Origin: an uncultured bacterium
Lineage (GTDB): Bacteria > Omnitrophota > Omnitrophia > Omnitrophales > Aquincolibacteriaceae
Reading direction: 5' to 3'
Assembly (NCBI GenBank): GCA_964581425.1
Contig: CAZOOM010000001.1
Coordinates: forward strand, 5,183 to 69,182
Length of the DNA: 64,000 nucleotides
Shown one piece after another: positions 38,164 through 47,115 of the stretch. The notes under the pieces were generated by a model. It was given only the letters and a program-made list of their open reading frames with translations, made no database searches and was not told the origin of the DNA. Position numbers and translations under genes: made by a program. Position 1 is the stretch's first letter. The number at the start of each line of letters is the position of its first letter.

Positions 38164-38280
38164 GCGGCCTCCCTTAAAGATTGGATCGAATAAGCTATCA
38201 CTATGCGTGCTTCAGCTGAGGCTGTCAAGGTCCGAGGGAGTGATGTGGCAGGTATTCTGAATTTTAGATATACTCAAATC

Positions 38281-38871
38281 ATGAATGCCATGCCTAAAAG
38301 TCGCCTTGAAGCCTTTAGTGACGGAGTCCTTGCCATCATTATCACCATCATGGTGCTTGAACTTAAAGTGCCTCATGGAAACTCTCTGATGGACCTCAAG
38401 CCTCTTTTCCCGATTTTTCTGAGTTATGCATTGAGTTTTGTTTACGTTGGAATTTACTGGAACAATCACCACCATCTTTTTCATGCCGCCAAGCAGATCA
38501 ATGCAAAAATCATGTGGGCCAATCTGCATCTTTTATTTTGGCTTTCTCTGATCCCTTTTGTAACAGGATGGTTTGGAGCAAATCATGGTGGTGTTTGGCC
38601 CACAGCATTTTACGGGCTGGTGTTACTCATGGCAGGATTTGCCTATCTTTTGCTCCAACAACTGATCGTGGCAACTCAGGGAGAAAATTCTGCTTTAGCC
38701 TCAGCCATTGGGAAGGATTGGAAGGGAAAAATTTCTTTAATGAGTTATGTGATAGCGATCGGAGTTGCTTTTTATCAACCCCGGATTTCTGCGGCACTTT
38801 TTGTTGCTGTGGCCCTGATGTGGCTCATTCCTGATGAGCGCCTTGAACGTTCTCTTGCTTCTGAAAAATAA
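38281..38871 (+). CDS. DUF1211 / TMEM175-family potassium channel homolog.
   Basis: Signature RLEAFSDGVLAIIITIMVLEL is the RxxxFSD motif of TMEM175 TM1. Six predicted TM helices. Start taken at ATG 38281. The track ORF begins at 38203. Confidence 0.7.
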   Translation: MNAMPKSRLEAFSDGVLAIIITIMVLELKVPHGNSLMDLKPLFPIFLSYALSFVYVGIYWNNHHHLFHAAKQINAKIMWANLHLLFWLSLIPFVTGWFGANHGGVWPTAFYGLVLLMAGFAYLLLQQLIVATQGENSALASAIGKDWKGKISLMSYVIAIGVAFYQPRISAALFVAVALMWLIPDERLERSLASEK

Positions 38872-39869
38872 TGACAAACCCAATCTTTCATGTTTTGAAT
38901 CGAATCGTTTTTAGTGTGCTTGTATGTCTTAGCGTTTATTTTTGTGTGGTATTAGTTCGCGATCCTGAAGCGAATTTGTTCCCGGGTTTTCATCTTGATG
39001 TGTTGATGCAGCGTTCTTACCTTTTAGGCAGCCGTGAAATCAAAATGATTTTTCAGGGAAAACAGCGTTCTTTTTTGATCCATCATGTTCACGCGGAAAG
39101 AAATAAAAAACCGCATCCATTGGTTTTAGTGCTGCACGCTTCGGATTCGAATGCGTATGAAATCGAAGAATTTTTAGGCATGAATCACGAAATTTCACGC
39201 AGAAAATGGATGGTGGCTTATCCTAACGGCACAGGAGATGAGAAAAGAAAAATATTTAATTGGAATGCGGGGAATTGTTGCGGGGCTGCGTTTCAAAATC
39301 AAATAGATGATGTGGGTTTTCTTCATGCTGTGATTGCAAAAATAAAGACCAAGTATCCGGTCGATCCTGCACGCATTTATGTTACGGGTTTTTCCAATGG
39401 CGGGATGATGGCTTATCGAGCGGCGTGTGGATTATCAGATGAAATTGCAGCGGTAGCACCCGTTGCTGGAGCATTGGATGATCCTGATTGTCGTCCCGCG
39501 CGTCCTATTTCGGTGATCGCTTTTCACGGAGAATGGGACCGGACGATTCTTTATCATGGAGGCGTGAGTCCGATTGATCTTGAAAAAAGTTATGATCAGT
39601 CCGTGGATTTTGCCATGAAATTTTGGTCCAAACAAAACGGATGCTTAACAACTCCTCAAGAGATTCATCGCGGCTCGCTCACGCGCGTTCTTTATTCCGG
39701 ATGCCGTGAAGGCACCGAGGTTATGTTGTGGAGTTTTGCGCGAGGGGGACATGATTGGCCGGGTTTAAAATCAGGACTTACGTTTGATCGACTTCCGTCT
39801 GACTCGGAAAATTTATCAGCCACCAAAGAAATTCTAAATTTCTTCGAAAAACATCCGCGCCAATCTTGA
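38871..39869 (+). CDS. Membrane-anchored alpha/beta-hydrolase of the PHB-depolymerase / LpqC-like esterase family.
   Basis: N-terminal anchor IVFSVLVCLSVYFCVVLV. GFSNGG gives the nucleophile elbow. A His lies near the C-terminus in GGHDWPG. Confidence 0.65.
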   Translation: MTNPIFHVLNRIVFSVLVCLSVYFCVVLVRDPEANLFPGFHLDVLMQRSYLLGSREIKMIFQGKQRSFLIHHVHAERNKKPHPLVLVLHASDSNAYEIEEFLGMNHEISRRKWMVAYPNGTGDEKRKIFNWNAGNCCGAAFQNQIDDVGFLHAVIAKIKTKYPVDPARIYVTGFSNGGMMAYRAACGLSDEIAAVAPVAGALDDPDCRPARPISVIAFHGEWDRTILYHGGVSPIDLEKSYDQSVDFAMKFWSKQNGCLTTPQEIHRGSLTRVLYSGCREGTEVMLWSFARGGHDWPGLKSGLTFDRLPSDSENLSATKEILNFFEKHPRQS

Positions 39870-39874
39870 TTTTT

Positions 39875-41239
39875 TTATTTCTTTGCTTCGAACTTGGCAG
39901 GCAAGCGATCTAAAATTTCCTGAATAAGCACTTCACCTTGGCGGGCATAATCAATAGCTTCTCCAAGGATGCGTGCGGCTTCCTGCGGAGCATGAAAACC
40001 CATGGAATTTTCAGCATTAACAAAGTCAGCCCGCCACTGGGCTTTGCGTTGGAGTTCATAAATAGCAGTTAAATCCTCTTCTTTAACTCCCTGCTTTTTA
40101 GCTTCTGCAATTTTAGAGATGAGGGATACGAGTGCGTCTTCGGCCCTGTTTAAGAGTTTCTCATTGCGGTCCTGGATTATGTCCACACGTTCCTGCATCT
40201 CTTTTTCTGTGAAGTGATGACACTGCAAGCAGGCGCGCGAAATATTTAGAAGAGGGCTTCGGATGTAGTGGTCTGTTACTTTGGTGGCGCCTTCACGAAC
40301 ATAGGGCATGTGACAATCAGCACAGGCCACCCCACTTTTAGCGTGAACCCCCTGGCTCCACATTTCAAATTCGGGATGCTGAGCTTTCAAAACTTCAGCG
40401 CCTGTGATTTCGTGTTTCCAATCGTAAAAACGATGGCCGTCCTTAAATTTGTATTGATTATAAAAAGCCTCGATCTCTTCGACCTTCAGGCCATTGTTCC
40501 AGGGATAGAACAAAGTGGTTTTCGAACCACAGTAATACTCCACATGACACTGGGCGCAGACAAACGTGCGCATTTCTTGACGTGTTGCGGAAAGATTGGG
40601 GTCATAATTCTTAATGCCTTCAAGCTCTTTGAGGACTTTGATTCCGCGGAGGAATGCCGGACGAGTGACGCGCAGTTCCATGGTTTTCGGATCATGACAA
40701 TCAATACAAGCCACCGGATGCTTCGCAAGCTGCCAGGCCTCTTGGATCGGCATGTTGGAAACTTTCTCAAAGCCGGCTTGAATATCTCCATCGCCTGCTT
40801 TTTCATAAATATTTTTGAGACCTCCTGCGTGACACTGAATGCAGGAACCAATTTGCTTAAATTTTTTCGTGCGTTGGGTTTCTTGTTGATCGAGTAAGGA
40901 ATAATAGTGGCCGCGGCGGGGATTGTAATCAACGCTAAAAGCATATCCTGCAAAAATGGTTTTCAGCCGCGGATCTTTTTCTAGCTTGGAAATCCCTTCG
41001 CTTCCACCGTAACGCGTATGAGTTTTGAGCGACGTTTTTTTGTATCCATCTAGCTCACGGGGATAATTTCTTCCCCAAATCTCAGGATCAATGGTTTCCT
41101 CCGTGAGTTCTGTCACTTCAACGTTCCGAACCTTGGCTTCTTCTTTGCGTTCACGGATATTTAAAAGAAGGGCCACAAGTGAAGCGGTAGCGATTGCGGT
41201 CAGGCTAATGATGAGCAAGTAGGGAAGTAATTTTTTCAT
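39875..41239 (-). CDS. nrfA: Pentaheme cytochrome c nitrite reductase (ammonia-forming) catalytic subunit.
   Basis: Five CxxCH motifs: CIQCH, CIDCH, CAQCH, CADCH and CLQCH. Also an N-terminal signal anchor, FYPWNNG, and VACADCHMPY. All hemes are CxxCH, with no CxxCK. This is the Campylobacter/delta-type NrfA pattern. Confidence 0.85.
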   Translation of the reverse strand: MKKLLPYLLIISLTAIATASLVALLLNIRERKEEAKVRNVEVTELTEETIDPEIWGRNYPRELDGYKKTSLKTHTRYGGSEGISKLEKDPRLKTIFAGYAFSVDYNPRRGHYYSLLDQQETQRTKKFKQIGSCIQCHAGGLKNIYEKAGDGDIQAGFEKVSNMPIQEAWQLAKHPVACIDCHDPKTMELRVTRPAFLRGIKVLKELEGIKNYDPNLSATRQEMRTFVCAQCHVEYYCGSKTTLFYPWNNGLKVEEIEAFYNQYKFKDGHRFYDWKHEITGAEVLKAQHPEFEMWSQGVHAKSGVACADCHMPYVREGATKVTDHYIRSPLLNISRACLQCHHFTEKEMQERVDIIQDRNEKLLNRAEDALVSLISKIAEAKKQGVKEEDLTAIYELQRKAQWRADFVNAENSMGFHAPQEAARILGEAIDYARQGEVLIQEILDRLPAKFEAKK

Positions 41240-41279
41240 GATGAAAATCCTTTTTTAACGTTAGGGGAAAGAGTCATCG

Positions 41280-41750
41280 TTAATCCAAGTTCATGTGGCC
41301 CGCTGAACGGTGGCACTGCGTACACCGGGCCGTATGCTGCTCGACATCGTGATGCGCTGCAATGTCACTGACCAAAGTCGAGTGACAATCAATGCAGTTG
41401 TGTTGCAATGCTTCCAAATTATGTTTCGTGATTCGAATGGGTTCCGGAAAGTTTTGAAGTGTAAAAGCTTTTGAGTGATTAAAACCATTTCGTCCTTTTG
41501 CGAAATATTTTTCAAGAAACGGATGCGGAACGTGGCAGTCGTTGCAGGTGGCGGCATGATGATGGCTTGAACGAACCCAGGAATCATAATACTCCGTCAT
41601 AACGTGACAGTTCATGCAAGATTTTGGGTCATTGCCTAAATAAGAATAGCCTTTAGCATAAATAAAAAGAAAACCTCCGAGGCCAAACAAGATCCCGGAA
41701 CAAATTGCTACCAGTAGGAAAAGCCATTGCCGCGGAGAAAGTTTTATCAT
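41280..41750 (-). CDS. nrfH: Tetraheme cytochrome c quinol dehydrogenase, NapC/NirT family.
   Basis: N-terminal TM and four CxxCH motifs: CMNCH, CNDCH, CIDCH and CTQCH. It is immediately upstream of nrfA on the same strand. Confidence 0.85.
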   Translation of the reverse strand: MIKLSPRQWLFLLVAICSGILFGLGGFLFIYAKGYSYLGNDPKSCMNCHVMTEYYDSWVRSSHHHAATCNDCHVPHPFLEKYFAKGRNGFNHSKAFTLQNFPEPIRITKHNLEALQHNCIDCHSTLVSDIAAHHDVEQHTARCTQCHRSAGHMNLD

Positions 41751-41927
41751 CGCTAATTTTCAAAACCAGAGAACCTTAATGAGGTTGAGCTTTAGTAAAG
41801 CATGGGAAGAAAATGAAAAACACAAATGATTTTAACATGGTGTTTTGAACCCGACAATTAAAAGCATTCCAGGGATGAAAAAAGATGGTTCACTATGACG
41901 GACATTATGAGCTAGAATTCTGGACTT

Positions 41928-43184
41928 ATGGAACACCAGGAAAACAAACCTCATTTCACGGATGCGCTTAAGATTGCCAATGTTCGATATTTTATCGGTG
42001 CTGTCGCATTTTTTACTTTGGCGAGCCGGGCCCTTCTCGTTATTATTGGTTTTCAAGTTTATCACATCACCAAAAGTGCGCTTGCCCTTGGCTGGTTGGG
42101 TTTAGTCGAGGCCATTCCTGCCCTTTCGCTCGTTCTTTTTGGCGGTTATGCAGCGGATCATTTCAATCGCCACAAAATTCTTTTGATCACCCGAGCGGTT
42201 TCGTTTTTTTGTGCTCTCATGCTCGCGTTTCTTTCGTGGCAAAGCCATCACACATCGGTGATCGGACTTTATCTTGTGATTTTTTTGGCTGGAATTGCGC
42301 GGGGATTTGCGGATCCGGCCAGTACGGCTTTTGAATCTCAAATTATTCCTAAGCACTTGAGTGTCAGCGGCGCATCCTGGATCAGCAGCACATGGATCAG
42401 CTGTTCCGTCATGGGTCCTGCCATTATCGGATTTGTTTTTGCAAGCTGGGGAGCGGCAGGTTCCTATTTGCTGATTGCGGGAGGATTTATTTTGTCATGG
42501 ATTTGTACGGCTGCGCTGCGCCCTGCTACACAGATCAAACAAGCATCCCCAGAGCCCATGTTAAAGAGCATTGGTATGGGTTGGAATTATGTTTTTTCGC
42601 ATCAACCTTTTTGGGCTGCTCTGACTCTTGATTTATTTGCCGTGCTTTTTGGAGGCGCCATGATTCTTCTTCCGATTTTCGCGAACGATATTTTGCACGT
42701 GGGTGCACAGGGGCTCGGACTTTTATACGCGGCGCCGTATGTCGGCGCTTTGATGATGACGTTGATTGCGACGCGTCACCCTCCCATGGAACGTGCTGGA
42801 CGCAATCTGCTTTGGGCAGTTATGGGTTTTGGAGTCAGTATGATTTTGTTCGCTTTTTCAAAAAACTTTTTCTTTTCTTTGTTTCTTTTATTCATGAGCG
42901 GAGTTTTTGATGGGGTCAGCGTGGTTATCCGCAGATCCATGATTCGTTTACTTTCTCCCGAACCTCTTCGAGGAAGAATAGCTGCTGCCAGCTGGATTTT
43001 TATTTGCAGTTCCAACGAACTTGGGGCTTTTGAGAGCGGATTAGTTGCGGCCTGGATTGGGACTATTCCTTGCGTGGCATTCGGCGGATTCGTGACTTTG
43101 CTGGTCGTTGCCTGGATCGCTAAATTTGCTCCGGAGCTTCGCAATCTTCGTTTTGATCCCCGTACTTTAGATCAAAAATTGTAG
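41928..43184 (+). CDS. MFS transporter.
   Basis: Twelve predicted TM helices. MFS motif A-like GGYAADHFNRHKILLI. It is 418 aa. Confidence 0.75.
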   Translation: MEHQENKPHFTDALKIANVRYFIGAVAFFTLASRALLVIIGFQVYHITKSALALGWLGLVEAIPALSLVLFGGYAADHFNRHKILLITRAVSFFCALMLAFLSWQSHHTSVIGLYLVIFLAGIARGFADPASTAFESQIIPKHLSVSGASWISSTWISCSVMGPAIIGFVFASWGAAGSYLLIAGGFILSWICTAALRPATQIKQASPEPMLKSIGMGWNYVFSHQPFWAALTLDLFAVLFGGAMILLPIFANDILHVGAQGLGLLYAAPYVGALMMTLIATRHPPMERAGRNLLWAVMGFGVSMILFAFSKNFFFSLFLLFMSGVFDGVSVVIRRSMIRLLSPEPLRGRIAAASWIFICSSNELGAFESGLVAAWIGTIPCVAFGGFVTLLVVAWIAKFAPELRNLRFDPRTLDQKL

Positions 43185-43193
43185 AAATTAATT

Positions 43194-43625
43194 CTATTTC
43201 CAGCTTAAAAGAAGCATTCCTCCCGTAATCAAAAAAACACCGCTCCACTGATGCCATCCTAGGTTTTCTTTTAAAAGGAAAATCGAGAGCAAGGCAGTGA
43301 ATACCAAGCTGAGCTTATCCAAAGAGATCACGCCAGTGGCGGGACCTAGCTGAAGGGCGCGAAAATAAAAAACCCATGAAAGGCCTGTCGCGATCCCCGA
43401 AAGAAATAAACACAAGAAATCTTTTTTGTGGAGTAAAAAGGGAGACGTCCATTCGTTGCGAACCGAAATGAGTGCGATCAAAAAAAAGCTAATAACGATA
43501 GTCCTGATGAGTGTTGCCATGTTGGAAGGAATGTGAGCGACGCCAAACTTTGAGAAGATGACGACCCAAGCTGCAAAAAATGCAGAGGTGATAGCGCAGG
43601 TTTGCCAGGAATTCATGAGTCTCAT
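43194..43625 (-). CDS. Small EamA/DMT-superfamily membrane protein (4-5 TM).
   Basis: Hydrophobic helices and an EamA-like GGMLLLSW C-terminal motif. It is 143 aa. Confidence 0.5.
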   Translation of the reverse strand: MRLMNSWQTCAITSAFFAAWVVIFSKFGVAHIPSNMATLIRTIVISFFLIALISVRNEWTSPFLLHKKDFLCLFLSGIATGLSWVFYFRALQLGPATGVISLDKLSLVFTALLSIFLLKENLGWHQWSGVFLITGGMLLLSWK

Positions 43626-43641
43626 TTATTTTTAATAAGGA

Positions 43642-44415
43642 TTAAGATTTTCCAAAAAGAAAAAAGACGATCGCAGCTAAAATCCGGTAGATGCCGAATG
43701 CGATAAAGTTGTGTTTTTGGATAAAGTTCAGGAAAAATTTGATGGCGAGAAGCGCCACAACCAATGAGGCGATAAATCCCACAAGCAGTAGGAGGAACTG
43801 ATCCTGTGTAAAAGAATGGCCGCTTTTTGCGAGATCCAAAACTGTTGCGGCCAGCATGGTGGGAACGGCCAGTAAAAAAGAAAACTCCACAATGGTTTTT
43901 CTCTTGAGTCCAAGAGAGAGGCCTCCCAAAATTGTGGCTGCTGAGCGCGAGACTCCAGGGATAATGGCGATGGATTGAAAAACTCCAATCAGAGCGGCCT
44001 GCTTAAAAGATATCGCCTGAACTTCATTGACAGCTGATTCTTTTTCTTTGAACAAGACTTCAAATACGATTAAAAAAATTCCGCCAAGAAAAAGAGAGGC
44101 GATCACAACATTGGGATTTCCGAGCAGGTAATGCTTTGCGATTTTATGAAAAACCGCACCGATCACCGCAGTGGGGATGAATGCTACGATGAGTCGAGCC
44201 AGGGTCTTTCGATCAATTAAAAGCGATTTGAAATACAAAATCACAACCGAAAGAATTGCACCTAATTGAATAGCGATTTCGAAACTTTTCACAAACTCAG
44301 TTTGAGGGATTTTTAGGAGCTGTGCGGTTAAAATCAAATGACCTGTAGAAGAAATAGGAAGAAATTCTGAGATGCCTTCAACGATTCCAAAAATGAGCGC
44401 ATGAAAAATATTCAT
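43642..44415 (-). CDS. uppP: Undecaprenyl-diphosphate phosphatase.
   Basis: MNIFHALIFGIVEGISEFLPISSTGHLIL is the BacA/UppP signature. It is 257 aa with 8 TM helices. Confidence 0.9.
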   Translation of the reverse strand: MNIFHALIFGIVEGISEFLPISSTGHLILTAQLLKIPQTEFVKSFEIAIQLGAILSVVILYFKSLLIDRKTLARLIVAFIPTAVIGAVFHKIAKHYLLGNPNVVIASLFLGGIFLIVFEVLFKEKESAVNEVQAISFKQAALIGVFQSIAIIPGVSRSAATILGGLSLGLKRKTIVEFSFLLAVPTMLAATVLDLAKSGHSFTQDQFLLLLVGFIASLVVALLAIKFFLNFIQKHNFIAFGIYRILAAIVFFLFGKS

Positions 44416-44592
44416 AAACAGTCCTTTTAAGGTAGTGATTGGATCAGATTCTAGAGAAAGGATCGTTACTACGCAAGCGTCTGTCCTAAAAGGGTCATTT
44501 AAGGCTGTGCTTCTGATGTTAGCGGAATGACACCAAAATAAAACGCCTTTTCATTTTGAGATCTTTTGAGATAAGAATGCCGTTGGTCGAGC

Positions 44593-45108
44593 TTATTTGC
44601 TTTTCTGAAATCTCAGCTCAGCATCGCGGATACTTTTCAGTGCAAAGTCCAAGTTGTACCAGCCGTCCACCCCTGTCTTTTTTTCTTCTAAATCTTTATA
44701 AACTTTAAAGAAGTGCTCAATTTCCTTGAGCAGGTGAGGAGGCACATCTGAGAGTTTGTAAATGTGATTCCACATCGGATCCGTCACAGGGACACAAAGA
44801 ATTTTTTCATCTGGGCCCTTTTCATCCCACATTTTGAAAAGTCCGACTGGACGCGATTCAATCACGCAGCCTGGGAAAGTAGCTTCCCAAACCAGCACGA
44901 GTGCATCCAGAGGGTCTCCATCTTGAGCGAGTGTGTTTGGAACATAACCGTAATCACTTGGATAATGGACTGCAGAAAAAAGCATGCGGTCAAAAATGAT
45001 GGCTTTTTTTCGCGGATCATATTCGTATTTGTTGCGGCTTCCTTTAGGGATTTCAACCACCACAGAAATCGACTCATACATTTTTTTCTTTGTAGTTTTT
45101 TTTGCCAT
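44593..45108 (-). CDS. ppa: Inorganic pyrophosphatase (family I).
   Basis: EIPKGSRNKYEYD, DYGYVP and DGDPLDALVLV are the PPase active-site motifs. It is 171 aa. Confidence 0.9.
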   Translation of the reverse strand: MAKKTTKKKMYESISVVVEIPKGSRNKYEYDPRKKAIIFDRMLFSAVHYPSDYGYVPNTLAQDGDPLDALVLVWEATFPGCVIESRPVGLFKMWDEKGPDEKILCVPVTDPMWNHIYKLSDVPPHLLKEIEHFFKVYKDLEEKKTGVDGWYNLDFALKSIRDAELRFQKSK

Positions 45109-45221
45109 GATCAGGACTCCTCGTCAATTTATGAATGCGTTAGGAACTTCGGGGCCACAGATTACTGATCTCATTTCATTTCGTCAATTGAAAAGATCAA
45201 ATCTTGAAAATAGAACAAGCC

Positions 45222-46433
45222 TTAGAATGCGAGGTCGGGCCGGATGGCTAAAGGTTGATGCATCACGAGAAGGTCTTGTTGCATTTTTCTAAATAGGCGG
45301 GTTTTCCCAAGAAGGGGAACGAGGTAGGGCATCAGGATTGCGGCCCATCGGGAGTCATTGATTAAAAGATGGGAAAAATCTTTTTGCCGATGCTGAATGT
45401 GTCTGACCTCTTCTCCGCGTATGGCCTGCAATCGGTCTAAGGATTTTTTTGAAAAATCATTCCTTTCGAGGCACTTGAGCAAAAGATCCGCGGCTTGAAT
45501 CGCGCTGCCTACGGCTACAGAAACGCCAATAGCTCCGGCCGGTGAACAAGTGTGTGCGCTGTCACCCACCAGCAAGAGGCCGTCTTGAGCCCACTCTTTG
45601 ATGAGTTCAATTTTAGCTTGAAGGACATTAAAGGGAGAAAAATCTTTAAGTGTGTTTGCAAACTCATGAAAGAGGGGATGAGATTTTAAAAGAATTTGCT
45701 TTAAAGAATCAACGCCTTGATGCATGAATATTTTCATTTCATCTTTATGAACCACCAGTCCGCATTGAAGCGAGTTTGGGTACTTGGGAAGAATAAGGCA
45801 GTTACGGTGTAAGGAGAAATAAAAACGAACGCGGTCATCGTAGTTGGCGGGTTTCGGAATCGTAAACCAGACAAGATCAAACTGGTGATCTTCATCTTCA
45901 ATTTCAAAACGGGCCTTTTTTCGGATCATGGAAAATCTTCCGTCAGTTCCAACCGTCACTTTTGAAAAGATCTCAATCTTCTCTCCGTGTTTGACTGCGG
46001 TGATTCCCACGACACGATTCCCATCATGAATCAGATTTTCAGCGCGTGTTTCAAAAAGAATTTGAAAGGTTGGAAAGGTCTTGGCTTTATCGTGAAGTGC
46101 TCCAAGTAAGATGGGTTGCGGCATCCAAATCGCAAAAGGGGCCTCAGGGCAGATTTCCTTGAAATTGATGGCGAGAATGCGTTTCTCTTGATAAAAGCCT
46201 TCGAGTTCCGTGAGTTTCAAATGAGGATAGGTGGAGATGAAATCAAATAGATTGATTTGGCGGAACATCTGTGTGAATCTAGGCATGAGAACTTCGCCGC
46301 GATATTCGCGGTGAAAATCCTGATGATGCTCGAGCACGAGAACTCGAACGCCCATTTTAGCTAGCAGCAGCGCAAGGGTCATTCCCGCGGGACCAGCACC
46401 GGCAATGCAAACATCGGTTTCGATTTTTATCAT
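45222..46433 (-). CDS. FAD-dependent monooxygenase/oxidoreductase (UbiH/PHBH-like fold).
   Basis: The dinucleotide-binding motif DVCIAGAGPAGMTLALLL is present. GDSAHTCSPAGAIGVSVAVGSA matches the GD..H-type FAD motif. Confidence 0.7.
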   Translation of the reverse strand: MIKIETDVCIAGAGPAGMTLALLLAKMGVRVLVLEHHQDFHREYRGEVLMPRFTQMFRQINLFDFISTYPHLKLTELEGFYQEKRILAINFKEICPEAPFAIWMPQPILLGALHDKAKTFPTFQILFETRAENLIHDGNRVVGITAVKHGEKIEIFSKVTVGTDGRFSMIRKKARFEIEDEDHQFDLVWFTIPKPANYDDRVRFYFSLHRNCLILPKYPNSLQCGLVVHKDEMKIFMHQGVDSLKQILLKSHPLFHEFANTLKDFSPFNVLQAKIELIKEWAQDGLLLVGDSAHTCSPAGAIGVSVAVGSAIQAADLLLKCLERNDFSKKSLDRLQAIRGEEVRHIQHRQKDFSHLLINDSRWAAILMPYLVPLLGKTRLFRKMQQDLLVMHQPLAIRPDLAF

Positions 46434-46466
46434 ATTTTAAATCTCGACAGAGACATTGTATCTTAC

Positions 46467-46715
46467 CTAGTGTCCGGCATAGTTAAAAAGTTCACTCAAT
46501 AAATAAATCTTTTTTGATTGGCTGGCATTTATTGCTCGCAGGATTTTGTTTTGAGCATTCAAAGTGAGCTTTCGTCCTTTGCGTCCCTTGGCCACCATCT
46601 TGTGTGTGAGTTGATCTGTGGAATGTTTTACAAGATCAGAATTTTGCAGGCCTAGGTCCAGCAGAATGTTATCTAAAGGCTGAATGCCTTTTTCCATCGC
46701 ATCTGAATCCAGCAT
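46467..46715 (-). CDS. Small hypothetical protein (82 aa).
   Basis: Complete ORF with a basic patch, KGRKGRK. I do not recognise a domain. The coding status is uncertain. Confidence 0.35.
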   Translation of the reverse strand: MLDSDAMEKGIQPLDNILLDLGLQNSDLVKHSTDQLTHKMVAKGRKGRKLTLNAQNKILRAINASQSKKIYLLSELFNYAGH

Positions 46716-46913
46716 CTTTATACCTCAGAGTTATTTTTGAAAAAATCAGGATGGAGTCATGATAATAGATTTGGTTGGTAAAAGGAATGTTGAAAATGGA
46801 TCTTCGCTATGAAGAGGAAAGATTGCCCTTATTCAGGGCAATCCATGAAAGATTTCAAACTTAACAACTTTGAGGAGAGAAGAGTGAGCAGAGAAGCGCG
46901 ATCAAAAACAGAT

Positions 46914-47082
46914 TCTAACGGCCGCCGTCTTTGCGCTTCGAAAAACATTCTTTGCAATACACCGGACGATCGCCGCGCGGTTTAAAAGGAACTTCGCATT
47001 CTTTTTTACAATCAGAACAATTGGCTTTGTGCATTTCTCTTGGACCGCCAAAACTACTTCCACCACCTCGATCAAAACTCAT
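46914..47082 (-). CDS. Unannotated 55-aa Gly/Arg-rich zinc-ribbon protein. It is below the ORF-track size cutoff.
   Basis: Translation MSFDRGGGSSFGGPREMHKANCSDCKKECEVPFKPRGDRPVYCKECFSKRKDGGR. It has a CxxC-x17-CxxC zinc ribbon and a strong RBS, AAGGAGAGAGT, immediately upstream of the ATG. The ends are good to about 1 nt. Confidence 0.5.
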
Positions 47083-47115
47083 ACTCTCTCCTTGTTGTTA
47101 GATGCAATCTGGCCT

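Noticed and set aside
41832-42065. 77-aa minus-strand ORF in the nrfH/MFS divergent promoter region
   Set aside because: It overlaps the MFS gene start in antisense and has no supporting signals.
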